Below are positions 49,671 to 54,195 of a stretch of 54,195 bases of DNA, piece by piece. Position 1 is the stretch's first letter; every line of letters starts with the position of its first letter. Made by a program: the position numbers and the translations under genes. The stretch is from an uncultured bacterium (GTDB taxonomy: Bacteria > Cyanobacteriota > Cyanobacteriia > CAZCXK01), in assembly GCA_964502605.1 (NCBI GenBank), contig CAZCXK010000017.1, positions 8,681 through 62,875 on the forward strand. Reading direction: 5' to 3'. The notes below the pieces were generated by a model. That model did not search any database, was not told the DNA's origin, and saw only the letters and a list, made by a program, of their open reading frames with translations.

Positions 49671-52241
49671 CTACATAACAAAATTTACTAATTTCCCAGG
49701 CACAACAATTACCTTCTTTACCTCTTTACCGCTAATGTACTTTTGAGTAATCTCTGATGCGCGAGCATATATTTCGAGTTCTGATTTGCTGGATTGAGCC
49801 GGGACTTGAATAGTGCCACGGGTTTTGCCCATAATCTGGATTACAAGTGTGATTTCATCAACGACAAGGGCATTCGGGTCAACCTGTGGCCAGCGCTGAT
49901 GATGGATAGAATCCTGATTGCCAATGATGTGCCACAGTTCTTCTGTAATGTGAGGCACAAAGGGTGCCATCAACAGCAGTAAGGTTTCGATTCCTTCAAC
50001 ATAAACCGAGGAATTAACACACTTGGCATTTACCAGAGCGTTACTGAGTTTCATCAGTTCGGACACAGCCGTATTGAACTGATAGTCTCCATCTAAATCT
50101 TCGCTGACCTGCTGAATCGCATAGTGGATTACATAACGAAGATCCTTTTCTGGTTTCGTTAAGGCTTCGGATTTTGATAAACCTTGAACCAGAGGGCGAC
50201 TGGCAAAATCAGCCACTAGCCGCCACACGCGGTTTAAGAAGCGAAATTGGCCTTCTACATCGGCATCGTCCCACTCCAAATCTTTTTCGGGCGGAGCCTT
50301 AAACAAGATAAATATGCGAGCCGTGTCTGCGCCATATTTATTCAGGACATCAGCCGGATCGATGCCATTGTATTTTGACTTCGACATCTTTTCGTAAAAG
50401 ACCGATAGCGCGTCTCCTGTATCTGGGTCTTTCGGCTCTGTTGGATCAACTTGATCCGGCAAAAAATAGCGCCCGGTTTCAGGATTTTTGTACGTTATGG
50501 CCTGCACCATGCCCTGCGTTAAGAGCCGCTCGAATGGTTCGCCAAAATTAAGCAAGCCACGATCGCGCAAAACCTTTGTAAAAAATCGAGAGTAGAGCAA
50601 ATGCAAAATCGCGTGCTCAATGCCCCCTACATATTGATCGACGGGCAACCAGTCATTCACCTTTTGCGGGTCAAAGACCTGTTGCTCATTACTAGCATCG
50701 GCGTAGCGTAAAAAATACCATGACGAGTCAATAAACGTATCCATAGTGTCTGTTTCGCGTTGAGCCGATGTGCCACAAGTCGGACAGGAAACATTAATCC
50801 AGGAATCTAGTTGAGCCAGCGGCGAGGGGCCACGTCCTGAGAACTTAACATCTTCTGGCAAGATAACTGGCAGTTGACTCTCTGGAACAGGAACTGTCCC
50901 GCATTGGGGACAATGAATCACCGGAATCGGAGCCCCCCAATAGCGCTGGCGAGAAATTAGCCAGTCGCGCAATCGATAGGTCACCATGCGATCGCCCTTT
51001 CCGGTTTGCTCTAGCCAGGCGATCGCAGCCTCGACACTCTGCCCATTACCTTTACCAGCCGGAATACCATTCAGCGGCCCCGAATTAACCATCCCCCCAT
51101 TGTGAGAAAAGGCCTCCGTCATCGTTGCACCATCCAAAGAGCGATCAGCAGGCTGCACGACCACATGAATGGGCAAATCGAAGGCTTTAGCAAACTCGAA
51201 ATCGCGTTGGTCGTGAGCTGGCACAGCCATAATGGCTCCGGTGCCATATCCCATCAAGACATAATCAGCAATCCAGATTGGAATTCGTGCCTCATTCACT
51301 GGATTCACAGCATAGCCACCCGTCCAAACTCCAGTTTTCTCACGGTCTTCTGCCATGCGATCGATTTCGCTCTTGGCAGCAGCCTGAGTCTGATAAGCTT
51401 CGACAGCCGCTGCCTGCTCAGGCGAAGTCACCTTCTCAACCAGTGGATGCTCTGGCGAGAGCACCATAAAGGTTGCCCCCCAGAGCGTATCAGGGCGAGT
51501 AGTGAAGACTGGCAAATCAATACCCGCTTCAGTCTTAAAAACAACTTGCGCCCCAGTTGACTTACCAATCCAGTTTTCTTGCATGAGCTTAACTCGCTCA
51601 GGCCAGCCCGACAGCTGATCGAGATCGTTGAGCAACTGCTCAGCGTAGTCTGTAATCTTGAGAAACCACTGCTTGAGTAACCGCCGCTCAACCTTGGCTC
51701 CTGATCGCCACGATCGTCCTTCACTATCAACTTGCTCATTAGCAAGTACCGTTTGGTCAATTGGATCCCAATTGACTGCCGATTCGCGCTGATAGGCTAA
51801 TCCAGCGTCAAAAAACTGCAGAAAGATCCACTGCGTCCAGCGATAGTAGTCAGGTGAGCAAGTTGTCACCTCACGCTCCCAATCAAACGATATGCCCAAC
51901 TGACGCATTTGCTCGCGCATCTGATCAATGTTTTGATACGTCCAAGTTGCGGGATGAATGCCTCGATCAATCGCTGCATTTTCGGCAGGTAACCCAAAGG
52001 AGTCCCACCCCATGGGATTCAACACTCGATGCCCTTGCATTCGCTTAAGGCGCGCAATCACATCGGTAATGGTATATACCCGAACATGCCCCATGTGCAG
52101 TTTCCCTGAAGGGTATGGAAACATCGAGAGAGCATAAAACTTGGGCTTCGAGCAGTCATCAGGAGTTCGATCAAGATGATGCTCAGCCCAACTTTTCTGC
52201 CATCTGTTCTCGATCGCTGCTGAGTTATACCGAGAGTCCAC
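49671..52241 (-). CDS. leuS: Leucine--tRNA ligase
   Basis: MFPYPSG.LHMGH, editing domain ([19 protein letters not shown]), KMSKS, C-terminal VPGKLVNFV. Confidence 0.98.
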   Translation of the reverse strand: MDSRYNSAAIENRWQKSWAEHHLDRTPDDCSKPKFYALSMFPYPSGKLHMGHVRVYTITDVIARLKRMQGHRVLNPMGWDSFGLPAENAAIDRGIHPATWTYQNIDQMREQMRQLGISFDWEREVTTCSPDYYRWTQWIFLQFFDAGLAYQRESAVNWDPIDQTVLANEQVDSEGRSWRSGAKVERRLLKQWFLKITDYAEQLLNDLDQLSGWPERVKLMQENWIGKSTGAQVVFKTEAGIDLPVFTTRPDTLWGATFMVLSPEHPLVEKVTSPEQAAAVEAYQTQAAAKSEIDRMAEDREKTGVWTGGYAVNPVNEARIPIWIADYVLMGYGTGAIMAVPAHDQRDFEFAKAFDLPIHVVVQPADRSLDGATMTEAFSHNGGMVNSGPLNGIPAGKGNGQSVEAAIAWLEQTGKGDRMVTYRLRDWLISRQRYWGAPIPVIHCPQCGTVPVPESQLPVILPEDVKFSGRGPSPLAQLDSWINVSCPTCGTSAQRETDTMDTFIDSSWYFLRYADASNEQQVFDPQKVNDWLPVDQYVGGIEHAILHLLYSRFFTKVLRDRGLLNFGEPFERLLTQGMVQAITYKNPETGRYFLPDQVDPTEPKDPDTGDALSVFYEKMSKSKYNGIDPADVLNKYGADTARIFILFKAPPEKDLEWDDADVEGQFRFLNRVWRLVADFASRPLVQGLSKSEALTKPEKDLRYVIHYAIQQVSEDLDGDYQFNTAVSELMKLSNALVNAKCVNSSVYVEGIETLLLLMAPFVPHITEELWHIIGNQDSIHHQRWPQVDPNALVVDEITLVIQIMGKTRGTIQVPAQSSKSELEIYARASEITQKYISGKEVKKVIVVPGKLVNFVM

Positions 52242-52327
52242 GGGCGCAATTCCTTTTCCAAGTCAGATCTGTTTTCACCATTCTAAAGGTTCCTGAAGCG
52301 GATCATCCCAATCTCCTAATCAGAGCG

Positions 52328-52478
52328 GTAATTCTCATTGGTATTATTGTCGTTGGGCTTACTGCTCAAACAATTCATCGACCTCCTCGGCGAGCAGACT
52401 CTGTTCTAACAGCACCCTCAGCATCATGCAGAAGAGACTCTCGGTAATTAACCGCTCAAACACTTCGCCTAATATCAT
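52328..52478 (-). pseudogene. IS4-type transposase 5' fragment; 52328-52419 repeats 49564-49652
   Basis: MILGEVFERLITESLFCMMLRVLLEQSLLAEEVDELFEQ*AQRQ...; same stop codon as the other copy. Confidence 0.75.
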
Positions 52479-52758
52479 GGCGCAAACGCGGGTCATTAGA
52501 TGTTGCACTCGTTTTTGAAGTCTGTTTATGAGTCTGAGAGCGCCCAGGAGAGGGTCGGTTGTGACCGTTGTTTGAGGTTGGTGGCGGTGGTGCAAGGCGC
52601 TCAGGAGATAGGGATGGGGGCGGTATTGAGAGGCGATCGGTGAGTAGCAAAGATGGAGTGGTTGGGGGCGATCGATTGGAGGGCGATACGTGCTGTGCAC
52701 AGGCGAAGCCAACGCGCCCAGCAATCGAGGTTGATTGCTTTAACCGAGCCTACCCTCC

Positions 52759-53019
52759 TTGGCCTGTTTCAAAGAGAAGGTTGCAGTATTGATGAGTCGG
52801 TCTCCTGGAGGATTGGGTGGCTTTCGGGGGCTAGTTCACGTTCGCTCTATTCTGGGCAATATTGGCGTCTTAGTGGTGTCCGAGTAACGGGCGATCGGCA
52901 ATGTTCACAAGGCATTCGACGAAACTGGCAACTTAACTGACGAATCTCAACAGACGGCTATCATGCAACTTGGTGGCAAATTCGCAACTGTCATTGCCCA
53001 ACTAAATCCTTCTGATTAA
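52759..53019 (+). pseudogene. NADPH-dependent FMN reductase, 3' half, with a nonsense codon
   Basis: LACFKEKVAVLMSRSPGGLGGFRGLVHVRSILGNIGVLVVSE*RAIGNVHKAFDETGNL...; 5' half missing. Confidence 0.8.
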
Positions 53020-53199
53020 ATCAATTTGGACATTGCAAGTTTTGAAAATAAGGTGTTTGCACAACTCGTGACACTCGTTCGTCTCATGAGTGATGCCTAT
53101 TTTTCAAAAGACTGCGCTAGCCTAAACCCGCCGTCCACTCAAAAAATTGGCAACCTCTTGGGCAGAGTAGTTGGAGTCTTTAATTCTTATGGACATATC

Positions 53200-53336
53200 C
53201 TGGTTGCCTGATAGATCTTCGGAGTGTGGATTTCGGCTGCGCTCAACCTACGCCGTTGTAGATACCTTAGGCAGAGCGCAGTCAAAGCCTAAGGTACGGG
53301 AGAATTAACCTTTCACGAGTTTTGTCAGCCAGCCAG
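53200..53336. mobile_element. MITE family A, copy 2 (137 bp)
   Basis: Collinear with and highly similar to 1120-1256; degenerate flanks GGACATATC / AGATATACC. Confidence 0.85.
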
Positions 53337-53407
53337 AGATATACCTACTCCATCGTTTTATTTTCCATGCTATCAATAAGCTGAATCTAACGTCTCAGAG
53401 ATTTGAG

Positions 53408-53839
53408 TTATCCACCACTGATGAGCTTAAAGTTCAAATTCAAGATCCTGCTGATTGCGTCAGGCATAGTTAACTGACTGGCTTTGAGCTGCCTTAGACA
53501 TTCCGCTAGAATATCGACTGGCACCTTGGTGACATAGTCAGAAAATGCTCTTGAAACAACGGAGCCAGTCTGCACATAATCCACCACTGTTTGTCCGAAG
53601 GAGGGAGGGATATTTGCAACCAATTGACTAGCAGCAGCAATTTTTTGAGCAATCAGCCGGAAATTTGGCACGTTCTTTACAGAAATGAAAATTAGCTCTT
53701 CCCCCGGGATAGAAAAAGCCACGCCTGCCAAATCAATGATGTAGCGCTCGGTGCAACTATCAACAATCCGTCCAAATGGAGCAAATTCAGTGTTCAGCAC
53801 GACGATATCTCCTTTGACATATTCTCCTGTAATGGACAT
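53408..53839 (-). CDS. Hypothetical protein (143 aa)
   Basis: ATG preceded by AGAGAGG; no recognised motif. Confidence 0.65.
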   Translation of the reverse strand: MSITGEYVKGDIVVLNTEFAPFGRIVDSCTERYIIDLAGVAFSIPGEELIFISVKNVPNFRLIAQKIAAASQLVANIPPSFGQTVVDYVQTGSVVSRAFSDYVTKVPVDILAECLRQLKASQLTMPDAISRILNLNFKLISGG

Positions 53840-54140
53840 GTGACCTCTCTTTGCTTTAATTTTCTAATGCGGTTGTTTCTGAGTTACGAGTTTCGAATTG
53901 TAACGATTTGCTAGAGCGTGTATCATATAAAGACGTTAAATCCATATCCAGTAGAAAATGCTGTCTTTGTCTACATCGTGCATTAGGGATTTATACTAAG
54001 TCCCATGGGGATTATCCTCCGGTCTAGATTAAGTTCATCCAAAATTTGCCGTATTTTCGAACGGTGTGCCGAACTGTAGAGGGTAAGTCAGCTACGCTAC
54101 TGAGGATAGAGAACCTGACGGATTATTAAGAGGATATGAA

Positions 54141-54195
54141 ATGACCATAGCAATGGGGCGCGCGCCAGCGAGTCGAGGATGGTTTGACGTCCTGG
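54141..54195 (+). CDS. psbD: Photosystem II D2 protein, 5' end (truncated by window edge)
   Basis: MTIAMGRAPASRGWFDVL..., the characteristic D2 N-terminus; GAGG upstream. Confidence 0.92.
   Translation, partial: MTIAMGRAPASRGWFDVL

Larger units (their letters stand above)
1..54195. repeat. HIP1 dispersed octamer GCGATCGC
   Basis: Many dozens of occurrences across the window, usually as GGCGATCGCC. Confidence 0.97.

Noticed and set aside
2054-52447. Numerous 60-156 aa ORFs overlapping identified genes
   Set aside because: Antisense or alternate-frame shadows of well-supported genes, with no motifs.
52359-52724. 121-aa ORF as a real gene
   Set aside because: Chance fusion of an unassigned segment to the IS4 transposase start.
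54141-54195. Far-red-light-specific D2
   Set aside because: The visible 18 residues look like conventional D2, and no FaRLiP genes are in the window.

Overview
Chromosomal DNA from a cyanobacterium, shown by very frequent HIP1 octamers (GCGATCGC, mostly GGCGATCGCC), the psbD 5' end, and cugP-like, Tab2 and homogentisate phytyltransferase genes. It is probably a filamentous Leptolyngbya-like lineage (inference only). Most of the window is housekeeping: ppk1, secDF, an NAD-salvage cluster (pncB-nadD-nrtR-nadE) with NrtR-type operators, pyrC'/pyrR, fni, pmbA, neutral invertase, hpt, aroK-argB, scpA, cugP, gshA, trmL, an NlpD-like LysM/M23 peptidase and leuS. No rRNA, tRNA or CRISPR array was recognised. 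The most unusual items are: (1) a ~200-nt structured leader whose 8-codon uORF carries a perfect anti-Shine-Dalgarno for a downstream 83-aa gene, with competing helices; (2) leuS lying between ~90-bp direct repeats of a dead IS4-type transposase inside a cluster of IS remnants; (3) a LexA-like protein with Ala-His in place of the Ala-Gly cleavage site and a LexA-box-like palindrome upstream; (4) an exported peptide with five 16-aa repeats; (5) several MITEs, some nested and some sharing terminal repeats; (6) an unlisted 49-aa membrane ORF and several pseudogenes. All protein identifications come from motif recognition by eye; no database searches were run.
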